Source: Eledone cirrhosa (lineage: Eukaryota). Taken from it: DNA of 64,000 bases. Location of the stretch: NCBI GenBank assembly GCA_964016885.1, contig OZ024745.1, positions 57,660,001 to 57,724,000 on the forward strand. The letters run 5' to 3'. Numbering within the stretch: the first letter of the stretch is position 1; each line of letters opens with the position of its first letter. Made by a program: the position numbers and the translations under genes. The notes below the pieces were generated by a model. It had not been told where the DNA came from. It did no database searches and saw only the letters and a program-made list of their open reading frames with translations. Below, in pieces: positions 1-17,451 of this stretch.

Positions 1-474
1 ACATATACATACATACACACACAACATACATACACACATATATACTCATACATAGAATTAGATATATATTCATACATACATACGCACTTACATATACTCA
101 TATATACAAATACATACGCATCCATATATGCGTATATACATAGAAACACCACTACACCCTCACCCAACTCAGACATACAAAGAAAAAGGCATATACATAT
201 ACATATATACACGCATTAATAGAGATATATATACACATATATATATATATATATATATACACATACACTTATATATATATACCCACACACACATACAACC
301 ATAAATACACATACAAACACCCACATATACATATATATACACATATATATATATACACACACATAAAAAACAGACATGCACATATATATTTTTTTACACA
401 TATATATACACATATATATACATATACACACCCTCACATATACACACATACACATAAGTTATATTATAATAATA

Positions 475-551
<77 letters not shown>

Positions 552-800
552 CGAATATAGACATATATACACACATAGATACATATATATATATATACAC
601 ATACATATACACACACACATACACACACTCACATATATATGTGTGTGCACACACACATATATACACATACACACATATACACATAAACACATATATGTGT
701 ATACATGCACACACACACATATATCCACATAGATACGAAGATAGACATATAAATAGAGAGACATACATATATATACACACACACATATACATACATACAT

Positions 801-883
<83 letters not shown>

Positions 884-1075
884 CACACATACACATACAC
901 ATATATATACACATGCATATATACACATATATATATACATACACACATATATATACACACACAATCTTACATTCTTATTTGCATGCGCATATATGTATTT
1001 TTATATTCAGATATAAATACCCAAACATATATACACCTACCTACATATATATTCATACATACACGCTTACAAACA
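1..1075. repeat. Degenerate (TA)n/(CA)n/(TACA)n microsatellite tract
   Basis: Pure (TA)n runs at ~480-545 and ~806-877 within mixed TA/CA dinucleotide repeats. Confidence 0.95.
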
Positions 1076-3772
1076 CAGATGATAATAGTATGGGGGAAAG
1101 GGGGGGGGTTCTAGAAGGGGATTATAGTAAATATATGTTTCAAGAAACATAGAATATTATCCGTATCTGGATCCAATGTATGTTTTTACATAGTTTCAGT
1201 GTTAGGAAATACAATAAACAAGAAATAAGGCAAAATTTATGCATTTCAAAATAAATAAGTATACCATTAATTATATGTTAACTAAACTAAAGATAGTTAA
1301 CATATTGATTTCTAAGGTGTAAATTAGTTAGGTTTATAATATTTGAAGCAGAATTTTGAAGTTAAATAGTAGTAGAGTATTAATTATAGTATAACTAAAT
1401 TAAAGTTAATAACGTTATGGTATCAATATTAGGAAATGAATTTAGTAATAGGGAAAAAACAAATAAAGTATTACATCGGTAGTAGAATATAAATTATAGG
1501 TTAACTAAATTAAAAATTATATATTTATTTCTATAGTATATGTTAATTAGGTATATAATAAATAAAACAGATATTGTATTTTATCAATAGCAGAATATAA
1601 TTATATGCAAATAGAAATCAAAATTAATACATATACATATACATATACATACACATATATATATACATATATATACATATATATATATATATACACATAT
1701 ACAAACACATACACATACACATACATATATACATATACATATTTTTTCAAAAATTGCAAAGAATATATTAACTAGGTATATATCCAAAACACATCCCATT
1801 CTATGATTACATGACATTCTGCAATTCGTCTGTATAAGGATACTAATTTTAAGCCAATTAAATTAAATTTTTAGGTTGACTAAATTTAAAACCAAATTAT
1901 AAATATATTTCTAAAATGTATATTAATTAGGTCTATAATACTAAAAATTATTTCTCTGTCATTCGATACACGATATTTTGTTATATTTTATCTGTAAAGG
2001 AATTATAATAAAAGGTTTAAATAAATTAAAATTAGTCTATAAATTAAATTACTAAGTATATATTAGTAATATTTAAAGGTTTTTCACAATTTATGATTAC
2101 ATAATATTTTATATTCTCATCTGTAATAGAATTTTAATTAAATTAAATTTATAGGTTAACTAACATTTAAATTAAATTAATTTCTAAAATAATGTTATTA
2201 ATTAGGTTTATAATATTTAAATGTTTTTTTTAGTTTATGATTACACGATATAATTAATTCCTGTCGTTTATTTAATAGGATATCCTTAGATTTCATTATT
2301 TCAAATAGTTCTTGGGAACATAATCTACATTCATTTCTATTATTTTGATAAGGGGTGGCTCTTTTGAGCACACTCCAGGTCAAATCATATTCTATATTCT
2401 TATTTTTATAACTATTGATTTTTTCTGCTAGAGATGTTGTATTAGCCAGTGCGGCATTTTTAAAACTATGCTTGTGGGTATTAAACCTTGTCTTAAAATT
2501 GTTAGAGGTAGCTCCTATATATGAGCAAATAGAATCTTTAGTTTTAACATTACATTTATAGACTATGTTGTTAACAAGACAATTCCCTTTTAATGGGCAG
2601 TTTGCTTTGTTTCTACAGTTACAACCTTTCGTTAATTCTGTATTTGAGGAGATATTATGGTTAATTTGATGTACTGGTGGTATACGTATGGTTTTCTTAC
2701 ATTTATATGCATTATAGGCACTTATATTTTGTTTTATGTTATTTGTTGTAGAGTATGAGAATTTAACTGTAGACCTATTTAAGATTTGATGGTATTTGTG
2801 GTTTGGCGGGAAGTTTTTCTCTAGGATATAAAAAAATTTTTTAGCAATATTATCCTTAATTTGTAAATTAAATGGAGCATTATACCAAGTAACCCGTCTA
2901 TTACGGTTTCTATGTTGTTTATTATTTTTATTATTTTTATAGGTTGTATCGTGATTTTTACTAGGAGGATTAATGTTAATGATCTCACCACAACCATTTT
3001 TAGTTATATTTGTAGATTTAGGTGTTTTATCCTTTTTATTAGGAGTTTTATTATTAATATTTATTAGAGTTGTATGATGAGTAGTTTTTTGAGAGTTACT
3101 ATACTTTATATTAGAAGATTTGGTATTTTGGGGTATAGTGTGGGTGGCATTTAGGTGTGTACTTTTCATTTGGTGTTTGTTGGTAATATTAGGTTGTATG
3201 CTTTCAGTATTTTTAGTAGAAGGTATATATTCTAATCTATTTTTGTGGCCACTTCTATCTAGAGCTTCGTTATAGAAGGTCGCATTTTTATCAAATACAT
3301 CTTGGTTAGAAGAAAGGTTAGAAATTCTAAGTGATATATTATATGCAAGGTTTTTAAGGATAGATTTAGGGTGATTAGATTGTGAGTGTATGTAATGTAA
3401 GTTTTGGTTTGGTTTATGGTAAGGTTGGTAGATACCCGTAGCTAAATCTAAAGTTATATCTAGGAAATTTACTACTTTACTTGTTTTTTCAAAAGTAATA
3501 TTAAGATTATAATAGTCTTTAAGGAAAGTTCTAATATGTTTTTTGTTTTTTTCAATTTCTGAAAGGCTAAGGTTGTTAGAAAGAAGAAGACAGTCATCAC
3601 GATATAAACCACCTTTGAGGTGGGGAAAGGAGGCATTTATGTTGAAAAGGAGAAAGAGGCCCACAAGATCAGTAATTTGGGCGGAATCGCTTGAACCCAT
3701 AGTAATATCAAATAGATTACTATATGTGTTTCTGGTCCAGTATTCATTCTGAAATTCAATAAGTGTTAGTCT
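1075..3772 (-). mobile_element. 5'-truncated Penelope-like retroelement (Hydra-like, C-terminal GIY-YIG) with a long AT-rich 3' UTR
   Basis: Contains the RT-EN frame at 2198-3772 and is flanked on both sides by TA/CA microsatellite. The left boundary is approximate. Confidence 0.85.
2198..3772 (-). pseudogene. PLE reverse transcriptase (C-terminal half) plus GIY-YIG endonuclease; open frame, 5'-truncated
   Basis: FDITMGSSDSAQITDLVGL (RT motif B), GGLYRDD (motif C), VNFLDITL, YHKP..YIHSQSNHP (thumb), RRVTWYNAPF..FPPNHKYHQILNRSTVKFSYS, CNCR..CPLKGNCL, IVYKC..SYIGAT..FKTRFNTH (GIY-YIG), CRLC..E..LLNKRQE. The N-terminal YIYI part of track ORF 2198..4354 is microsatellite. Confidence 0.92.
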
Positions 3773-4324
<552 letters not shown>

Positions 4325-4325
<1 letters not shown>

Positions 4326-4582
4326 TGGCGTAGGACAGAAGAAAGGAAAGGCACAGAAACAAGGAAAGGAATCCCCAGTCACTGAAGAGGTCACAGAGTG
4401 TGTGACTAAAGGACTATGACTATATATAAACAACTATCTGGTTGTGGGACCAACCAACCAACCAGAAATTTATAGATTTGTAGATTTGTAAATTTATAAA
4501 TTTATAAATATATAATAAATTGAAGTGAAAGCAACTGGTGCGTGTGTTTCTTATTAGCAACATAACCCTCCCAAAGTATAAC
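4325..4582 (+). mobile_element. Solo pseudo-LTR (pLTR) fragment of the Neptune-like PLE
   Basis: Near-identical to 29149-29405, and to 24160-24417 and 55281-55527 in reverse. Confidence 0.9.
4377..4421 (+). ncRNA. Minimal type I hammerhead ribozyme with a core mutation (GAAA>TAAA)
   Basis: AGTCA-CTGAAGA-G-GTCACA/TGTGAC-TAAA-GGAC-TA-TGACT. Sister copies retain GAAA. Confidence 0.7.
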
Positions 4583-4696
4583 GATACATATATATATACA
4601 TTTACATATATATATATATATATATATACATATATATATACATATACATATATATATATATATATATACACATATATATACATATATATATATGTA

Positions 4697-4774
<78 letters not shown>

Positions 4775-4778
<4 letters not shown>

Positions 4779-5215
4779 TGCTACTGAACGTCTGTTTACA
4801 TATATGTATGTACGTATACACACATACTTACATTTAAGTAACTGCCGTACTAAGAGTGAGAAATGAAAATTCGTTTTCATTTTATTTCAACTTATCGTTT
4901 TCGGTATGTCTGACCGACTTAGCTCACTCGATATGCAAATTAGGCTGCTCAGCCGTTAATTTTCATAAGGAAAGTATATACTTTGGAACGTTCAACTATC
5001 TGGCAGATGGGTATACGGTGCTGATGATAGCTAAGAAGCTTGAAACTAGTACATCGTTCCTGTGTCAGTGTTGAACAAAAAGGTGACGTGGTTGCCTTAA
5101 CACCGTACGGCAAAAAAATTCAAGCTGTTCATTTTGTTTACAAACGAACAAAGCGGCGTTATAATAAGCGTCCGCTAAACTGATGCGTGCATATATGTAT
5201 GTGTACCTGTATGTA

Positions 5216-5266
<51 letters not shown>

Positions 5267-5378
5267 ATGCTACTGTACGTCTGTATACATATATGTATGT
5301 ACGTATACACACATACTTACATTTAAGTAAGTGCCGTATTAAGAGTGAGAAATGAAAATTCGTTTTCATTTCATTTAA
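4775..5378 (+). mobile_element. Non-coding HHR-bearing partial tandem element (~489-bp period; retrozyme/pLTR-like)
   Basis: ~110-bp direct repeats at ~4775-4886 and ~5264-5375, HHR at 5015-5057, (TA)n on both sides. Confidence 0.7.
5015..5057 (+). ncRNA. Type I hammerhead ribozyme, U.U at 10.1-11.1
   Basis: Stem I ACGGTG/CATCGT; CTGATGA; stem II T-AGCT-AAGA-AGCT-T; GAAA; palindrome CTAG; GUA cleavage triplet. Confidence 0.85.
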
Positions 5379-5427
5379 ACATATATATATATATATACAT
5401 ATATATACATATACATATATATATATA

Positions 5428-6034
5428 CTCTGCTTATCTTAATATTAAAGTTCTGGTGTATCAAATTAATACCATTGAACAACCTTGAATCATAGACAAC
5501 CTATGTATTTCTGGGGGTACCTAGTATCCCTGGACATATTAACTTCATTCTCTTTCTTCGTCCGTTGAGAACAATTCTGTTGCTCTATTTAGCTGCTATT
5601 TTTTTAGTAGTAATTGTAGACAGCAAGTCTTTGATTTTCCCGCTTTTACTTCGGTCCAGTTTACATACGGGTCACTTTTACGACCTTTCAGACCTTTATT
5701 TGCTGGCAGGAGGTTATATATTTTGTCGTTCCTGGGACGTTTAGCCCTAGGAAGAGAAAATGCTTCTCTGATGAGCTTTGGTTTTCCATCATAAATCCAT
5801 AGGATTTATGAGGTTTTACAAAGCGAAACTGATCAGTAAGGGCCACTAGGAGAGGTAAATATTTATATTATATTTTTTAATGTATTTTTAAAAAATTGAT
5901 TGAATTTTACTTGTTCTGCTTATCTTAATATTAAAGTTCTGGTGTATCAAATTAATACCATTGAACAACCTTGAATCATAGACAACCTATGTATTTCTGG
6001 GTGTACCTAGTATCCCTGGACATATTAACTTCAA
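5428..6034 (+). mobile_element. Non-coding HHR-bearing partial tandem element (~486-bp period; retrozyme-like family A)
   Basis: ~120-bp direct repeats at ~5428-5547 and ~5914-6033, HHR at 5764-5842, (TA)n flanks. Confidence 0.8.
5764..5842 (+). ncRNA. Hammerhead ribozyme with extended stem II
   Basis: CTGATGA-GCTTTG...(CATAAATCC/GGATTTATG hairpin)...CAAAGC-GAAA-CTGATCAG-TA. Stem I (TTCT/AGGG) is weak. Confidence 0.8.
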
Positions 6035-6137
6035 TATATACATATACATATATATATATACATATATATACATATACATATATATATATATATATACATA
6101 TATATACATATATATATATACATATATATACATATAC

Positions 6138-6169
<32 letters not shown>

Positions 6170-6182
6170 ATATATATATATA

Positions 6183-6817
6183 TGGAGAAAAAATTTACGA
6201 AATGGAAATGCGGGTATATAGAATTTATTAGGTAACAATTGTTTCTATAGTGTATGAGTTACCTATACCTCGCTATTTGAATAATACACAAATATTATCA
6301 AAAACCGAAAGAACACTGTAAACCAACACACCATGTCATCAGACCTTTGTATTAGAATGATATGAAAATATTTTATACACTAGATAAACGATAAAGAAGG
6401 AGGTAGGAAGAGAAGGGGAAGAGGGAAGTGAGTAAGGTGGAGGGAGTCTTAGGGTTTAAGACTGTCAGACTAGTAGAGTTTGTGAAGAGAGAATGTTTTG
6501 GCAGCAGTTAGCTTAATGAGGCGTGCTAAGGTTGGCTGGGAATAGGATACTTCTAGTGGTGTTGTTCGGACAAAATTTAGTTAGAGGGGTCAAAGTGGTA
6601 CAATGTCACAGACAAGTTATTAGGGCTATTATAGTAGCAGGTTATTTCTAAAGGGGTCCAGAAAAACAGTGTTTAGTACTATTATTATAGAAAGTCATAT
6701 CTAGTGTATAAACATATAAGACAGAAATTTGCAAACGTTGGTGTAAAAAGGTAACATTATATGCATTTAAAAAAAGAAAAAGTCGTTTTCAAACGATGGT
6801 TACAGTATAGAGAACGT
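6183..6817 (-). mobile_element. 3' end of a second Hydra-like PLE (last codons plus 3' UTR with HHR)
   Basis: The minus strand reads RSLYCNHRLKTTFSFFKCI*, which matches the SCNHKLKKTFKYYKPN* terminus of the 2198 ORF. HHR at 6230-6346; (TA)n flanks. Confidence 0.7.
6230..6346 (-). ncRNA. Hammerhead ribozyme, long stem II, C.A at 10.1-11.1
   Basis: Minus strand: AGGT-CTGATGA-C-ATGGTGTG...TACACTAT-A-GAAA-CAATTG-TT-ACCT. Confidence 0.8.
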
Positions 6818-6819
6818 TA

Positions 6820-6859
<40 letters not shown>

Positions 6860-6898
6860 TATATACATACATATATATATATATATACATACATATAC

Positions 6899-8822
6899 AT
6901 AACTTTGAATAACTTTGAAATGTTTTGGCCAGTATTGGCCCAGGCCATGTCTAACTTAATAGCACCAGGATTTGGGCACCATGGCCCATTCGAGAAGAGA
7001 ATTACTGTTTGCGGAGACATATCCGGGTGTGGGTGGTTTGTCTGGGATTACTTGGAGGAATTTGTCCAAAGACCTCTTGAATTTTGTGTGGTCAGTTTCT
7101 GTTTTGACGTGTCCTGGTGTGATGTTGAAGAGAGCAGGGCTGATTGAGGTGAAATAATTGTGCCGTATTGTTGTTATGAGTTGCGATTTAGATTTTTGAA
7201 TGGGACGGATAGAACGGGGCCCAAGCCTTGGGTGTATCTTGAAGGCGATGACAACATCATTTGGGCAGTGATGATGGAACATTTTCCACATCATGCAGAT
7301 AATATAACGCTCACGGCGACGTTGGAGTGAGTAAAGTTTCAGGTTTTCTATTCGACCCCAGTAGTCAAGGTCTGACATGCCATCTATCTTTTTCGTCATT
7401 GCCCTTTGAGGAGCTTCAAGTTTCATGATACTTTGTTTCGTGTGGGGAGACCACAGTGGACAACAGTATTCAAGGTGTGGTCGGGCAAAAGTAGAGAAGA
7501 GAAGGATAATGGTGTGGGAATCTCTCGACTGGAAGGTTCTGAGGATCCAGGAACACATTCTGCGGGCCATGTCAACTTTGCTGCTTATATGCGTGGTCCA
7601 GCTTATGTTGCTGTCCACGGTTACTCCCAAGTCTCTGATGTTGTTAGATGCCACGAGAGTTTCCCCGGGGGGAAGGGAGTACGGGAGTTTCAGAGCATCC
7701 TCTTTTCCAAAGTGGATCAGTTCGAATTTGTCTTCGTTCAGTAACATGTTGTTCTTTTCCGCCCATTGGGTAACAGCCAGTAGGTCTGACTGAAGGCTTA
7801 TCCGGTCATCCACGCCATTGATGATCTTTTGGAGCTTGGAATCATCAGCGAAAATTTTAATGTTGCTGTGTTTGATGATGTCAGTGATGTCATTAATATA
7901 GATGATGAAGAGAAGTGGGCCCAATACAGTGCCTTGTGGGACCCCACTACTGACTTTGGCTGGGCTGGATTTGACTCCCTCAACTACAACATGTTGGGTT
8001 CTGTTTGACAGGAAGCTCTTGATCCACTGCAGCAGCTTTCCAGTGACACCAATATTGGACAGCTTTCTCAGTAGAATGTTATGATCAACCCTGTCAAAGG
8101 CCTTGCTGAAATCAAGGTAGATAACATCAGTGTTGGAACCCTCTCCCAAGGCTCTCAAAATGTCATCAAAGTGATGCAGTAGCTGCGTCAGGCAATCCCT
8201 TCCATTACGGAAACCATGCTGGTTGGAGTTCAGCATATTGTTACTCTCAAGGAGAGTGGGTCATTCGCGATCTCACCACTCTCTCAAATACCTTAATGAT
8301 ATAAGAGGTGAGTGAGATTGGACGGTAATTCACGGCAAGGGATTTGTTTCCCTTTTTGAAAACTGGGACAACAGACTGGGATAGAAGGTTTTCTGGCACA
8401 TATCCAGCATCCAGTGAGTTCCGCCACAGATTGGCAAGAGGAGATGCAAGTTGGTATTGACACGCCTTCAAGACACAAGCAGGGAACCTATCGGGACCTA
8501 CTGCTGAATTATGCTTGATTTCCTTTATTGCCGCCAAGACATCAGGGGCGCCAAACGTTATGTCCGATGAGGTGTAATGGGGAGTAACATCGCCGATACA
8601 GCCCAGATCGGCCATATCAGGATTGCTGAAAACAGAGCAGTATTGTTTCTGCAGTATCTCACCCATGGTTTTAGCATTGTCTTGAAGAGTGCCATTTTCA
8701 TCAATTAGAGGGCCAAGAGTAGAGCCAGTGATTTTGTGTTTTTTTGCAAATGAAAAGAACACTTTGGGATTGAGTTTGATCTTCTCAATGGCCCAGGCCT
8801 CTTCAGCTCTTCTCTGATTGTT
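6899..8822 (-). mobile_element. 5'-truncated CR1-group LINE (RT region plus 3' tail), sister of 18785-23437
   Basis: [36 protein letters not shown]. 1-bp frameshift near 8250. Tail (TTCAAAGTTA)2. Highly similar to 21562-23437. Confidence 0.95.
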
Positions 8823-9967
<1,145 letters not shown>

Positions 9968-11915
9968 TATCTATCCAAGGCGGGTAAAATTCCCGAGATC
10001 CATGGACGAGTTGTCTCCAGCGGTCTCTGTCCCTCATTATCGCTGCCATATCCTGCATCTCCAACAGACCAGTGTCTGTCCTTAGGGCATCAACATATGT
10101 TAACCTTGGTCTTCCTCTTCTAGTGTGTCCATGTAGGGGCTCCCAAAGGAGCACTGAGTGCAATGTCAACTCTGGATGTCGGTGAGCATGTCCAGGCAAC
10201 CTCAGTCTCCTCTGTGTCACTTTTGAGCTAACTTTTGGGATGCTCCCATACAGCTCTGTGTCTTTCATCCTCAGTGTATACTGATTAATGTTCAGAGCCA
10301 TCCTCAGCATTCTCGTGTAGCACCCATCCACAATCTGAGTGAGTCTCTTGGTCAGTGTCCAAGTCTCAGACCCATACAGCAGCACAGACTCCACTACAGC
10401 AATGAAGAGGCGGACCTTCATGTCTCTACGAAGGTCCGACTTCCACACCGATCTCAAGCTGTGACACGCCGCCCAGGCCTTGCTCTTCCTCTCAACCACA
10501 TCATCTTCCGTATTCCCAGTCTTTGCTCCCAAATACAGGAAGTCCTCAACCAATTCCAGCGGCTTCCCGCCTACATTAGTGATCCCTTCTGTCTTCTCAA
10601 CATTCTCCACCAGATATTTTGTTTTAGTCTCATTCATTCTCAGCCCCACACTCATCGACACAGTCTCAACCTCCCGCATCAAATCCTCTGCCTCCTTCAC
10701 TGTATTTGTCACCAAAACTATGTCGTCGGCAAATTCAGCATCCGATACCTTTTTCGCCCCAACTCTCCTGCTCTGAGCCGGTGCTACAGTAAAGCCAGAG
10801 TCCTGGTGTTTCTCCAGTGCAAGGCGCATACCATAGTCCACTACGATGACAAAAAGGTAGGGAGCCAATGTATCTCCCTGGAGCACTCCAGCCAGTATCT
10901 CAAAGAACTCTGTCATCCCATCAGGTGTAATGACTTGGGCTTTGGTGTTGGTGTAGAGCAGTTATATCAGGTCCACTATCCTCTTGGGGATTCCATAAGC
11001 CTGTAAGATCTTTATCAGGCAGTAACGGTCCACAGAATCAAAGGACTTCCTAAAGTCAATGAAAACCATGACCGCAGGAAGGCACTTTGCTCTAGCTCCC
11101 TCTAATATCCTCCTCAGCATCAGGATGTGACTGGTGGTTGATCTACCCTCTCTGAAGCCGTTCTGGTTGTCCCTGAGCTTCTTCTCCATCTCAGGCTGGA
11201 TCCTGTTAAGAATCATCCTGTTGAGGGTCTTTGCCACAAGTGACGTCAGTGAGATCCCCCGGTAGTTGCTGGTGTTAGAGAGATCTCCCTTCTTTGGCAC
11301 TGGGACGATGTTACTGATCCTCCACTGATTCGGGGCAACTCCTTTCTCCAGTGCCCCGTTACAGAACCCCAGGATGATATCATCAAAATCACACCTCTTC
11401 ATCACCTCTGATGCCACTCCATCTTCTCCATGAGCCTTGCCCTCCTTGATCTTCTTCTTGGCTCTCTGAAGCTCCTCTCTGGTGAAGGGCTCTGTCTCAA
11501 CATCCAGTTCCTCAAACAGCCGCCTGATCTCCCCAGTGCTCTGGGCTGTGGAGGGTGGCTCTCCTAGTAGGGTCCTAAAATGGTCTAGCCATTTCCTCTT
11601 CCTATCCTCGGGCCCCGTTCCCTGGATCTGACTCGAACACCTTTTCTTCCTCCCTGTGATCTCGTTGATGATCATCCAGCTCTCCTTACATCCAGATCTG
11701 TCAATCGCTCTCTCCACACTTCTGATCTTCTCTATCAGTGCCTCCTCTCTGACCTCAGTGTAAGCGGTACAGAGCTCTTCCCTCATCACCTCCACAGTCT
11801 CCATCCTCTCCTCCGTAGGATCAGCATAGAATTGGTCCCTGGCAGCTTTCAGGTGTTCTCTGGCTGCACACACTTTTGGGTTTGCAGAGCTGACGTGCTT
11901 CCCTTTGTTCCCCAT
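9968..11915 (-). mobile_element. 5'-truncated RTE-clade LINE (RT)
   Basis: [70 protein letters not shown]. Frameshift near 10960. The ORF runs straight into the microsatellite tail. Confidence 0.92.
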
Positions 11916-11988
11916 GTATATGTATATATATGTATATGTATATATATCTATATATATACATGTATGTATATATATATATATGTTTATG

Positions 11989-12052
<64 letters not shown>

Positions 12053-12092
12053 TACATACATATATATATATATACATACATATATATATATA

Positions 12093-15433
<3,341 letters not shown>

Positions 15434-15494
15434 CATATATATACATATATATACATATATATACATATATATACATATATATACATATATATAC

Positions 15495-15525
<31 letters not shown>

Positions 15526-15590
15526 CATATATATATATACATATATATATATACATATATATATATATACATATATATATATACATATAC

Positions 15591-15622
<32 letters not shown>

Positions 15623-15626
15623 ATAC

Positions 15627-15676
<50 letters not shown>

Positions 15677-15823
15677 GTTAAAATACTGGAGCGTGTTGGA
15701 GTTAAACACCCTCTTCGTATTATAGAAATGACAGTAAAAGGTATAGCTCAATGTAATTAAACAGAGCCGAAGCATTATGAAAGTAAAACAAAGAAGCCTT
15801 CAATACATCAAAAGTCTTTATTA

Positions 15824-15861
15824 GCCAACAATGTTTCGTCCTATTAAGGACTCATCAGGGC
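15824..15861 (-). ncRNA. Minimal hammerhead ribozyme
   Basis: Minus strand: GCC-CTGATGA-GTCCT-TAAT-AGGAC-GAAA-CATTG-TT-GGC. Confidence 0.85.
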
Positions 15862-16295
15862 AATTAAAACAAGAAGAAGTATTATCGGCCAATACAAGCC
15901 TTAATAAGGTTTAATTTGTGCTGTTGAAGATGGATATGTGTATTCATGTATGTGTATGTGTGCGTACGTGTGCGTACATATATACATATGTATATTGTAC
16001 CTTTTGATTTTTATTGTAATTTTAATATTGGTAAAGGTATATTATATTATATTATATTGTATTATATATAATTCCTGCTCTATATAACCACCTTTGTTTA
16101 GCTCTAGGGCTTTTTTTGCTTTGGACTATATTTGTAATATGGTTCTAAATGTTATACACCTCCTTAGTGATTTTTATTATATATTTTTATTATATTTTTT
16201 ACCCATAATCTTGCAATACTTTAGTGTATGTACACTCCATATTCTTCGGAGTTTCCGGCTTGTATTGGCCGATAATACTTCTTGTTGTTTTACTT

Positions 16296-16333
16296 GCCCT
16301 GATGAGTCCTTAATAGGACGAAATATTGTTGGC
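16296..16333 (+). ncRNA. Minimal hammerhead ribozyme
   Basis: GCC-CTGATGA-GTCCT-TAAT-AGGAC-GAAA-TATTG-TT-GGC. Confidence 0.8.
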
Positions 16334-16395
16334 TAATAAAGACTTTTGATGTATTGAAGGCTTCTTTGTTTTACTTTCATAATATATATATACAC

Positions 16396-16480
<85 letters not shown>

Positions 16481-16488
16481 TATATATA

Positions 16489-16591
<103 letters not shown>

Positions 16592-16621
16592 TATATATAA
16601 TATATACATATATATATATAT

Positions 16622-16752
<131 letters not shown>

Positions 16753-16777
16753 ATATATATATATATTATATATAATA

Positions 16778-16828
<51 letters not shown>

Positions 16829-16971
16829 CTTGTCCGCCCCTGCCTTCTGTCTTTACACACGGCACTAAACAAAATTGGTTCCTTCCTCATTCACTCTCAT
16901 CCGGGAACAGTTTTGTATGGCGCCAGTTTGTGATTTGAACACGAGAATTTTATAATCTCCGAGCGAGATGA

Positions 16972-17054
16972 ACCTTCTGACGAGAATCCCCTTCTCAATG
17001 TCGCCCGCCTGGATTATCCATTTATTTTTGGATTTGAAACCGCGCGGTAAGGGT
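16972..17054 (+). ncRNA. Hammerhead ribozyme with extended stem II
   Basis: ACCTT-CTGACGA-GAATCC...GGATTT-GAAA-CCGCGCGG-TA-AGGGT. Confidence 0.85.
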
Positions 17055-17451
17055 ACATATACTAAGTACAGCGAACTTTTTAAAATGTATTTTAAAACTT
17101 TTTCTCTATTTGCTAAACCTTGATTTTATATGTTCTGGCTCGTTAATTTATTAACCTGCCATAGAACCATACGGTTGGATAATACTTGTATCCCTATATG
17201 TATTTTTTACACGCAGGAACACATACTTTATTATTATTAATCTTCCCTAAGGTTGAAATAACATTTTGTTCGTTTGAACTGCTGCTATTTCTAGTGGCAG
17301 GACATTGACCTGTCCGCCCCTGCCTTCTGTATTTACACACGACTCTAGACAAAATTGGTTCCTTCCTCATTCACTCTCATCCGGCAACAGTTTTGTATGG
17401 CGCCAGTTTGTGATTTCAACTCGGGACTTTTATATTCACCGAGCGAGAAGA

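Larger units (their letters stand above)
15674..16382 (+). mobile_element. PLE terminal structure: 3' UTR plus pLTR, with an inverted pLTR and a 5'-ORF tail
   Basis: ~127-bp inverted repeats at 15774-15900 and 16257-16383, each carrying an HHR. The minus-strand extension starts MLRLCLITL... (TA)n flanks. Confidence 0.75.

Noticed and set aside
169-1152. Numerous YIYI/HTHT/CVCV ORFs here and at 3771-4880, 8705-10123, 15254-17905, 23233-24241, 29326-30686 and 54386-54925
   Set aside because: These are translations of stop-free dinucleotide microsatellites, not genes.
1128-1200. Possible HHR at the 3' end of the first PLE (GAAA-CATATA-TT plus a stem on the minus strand)
   Set aside because: No intact CUGANGA box and no stem I pairing; at best a decayed remnant.
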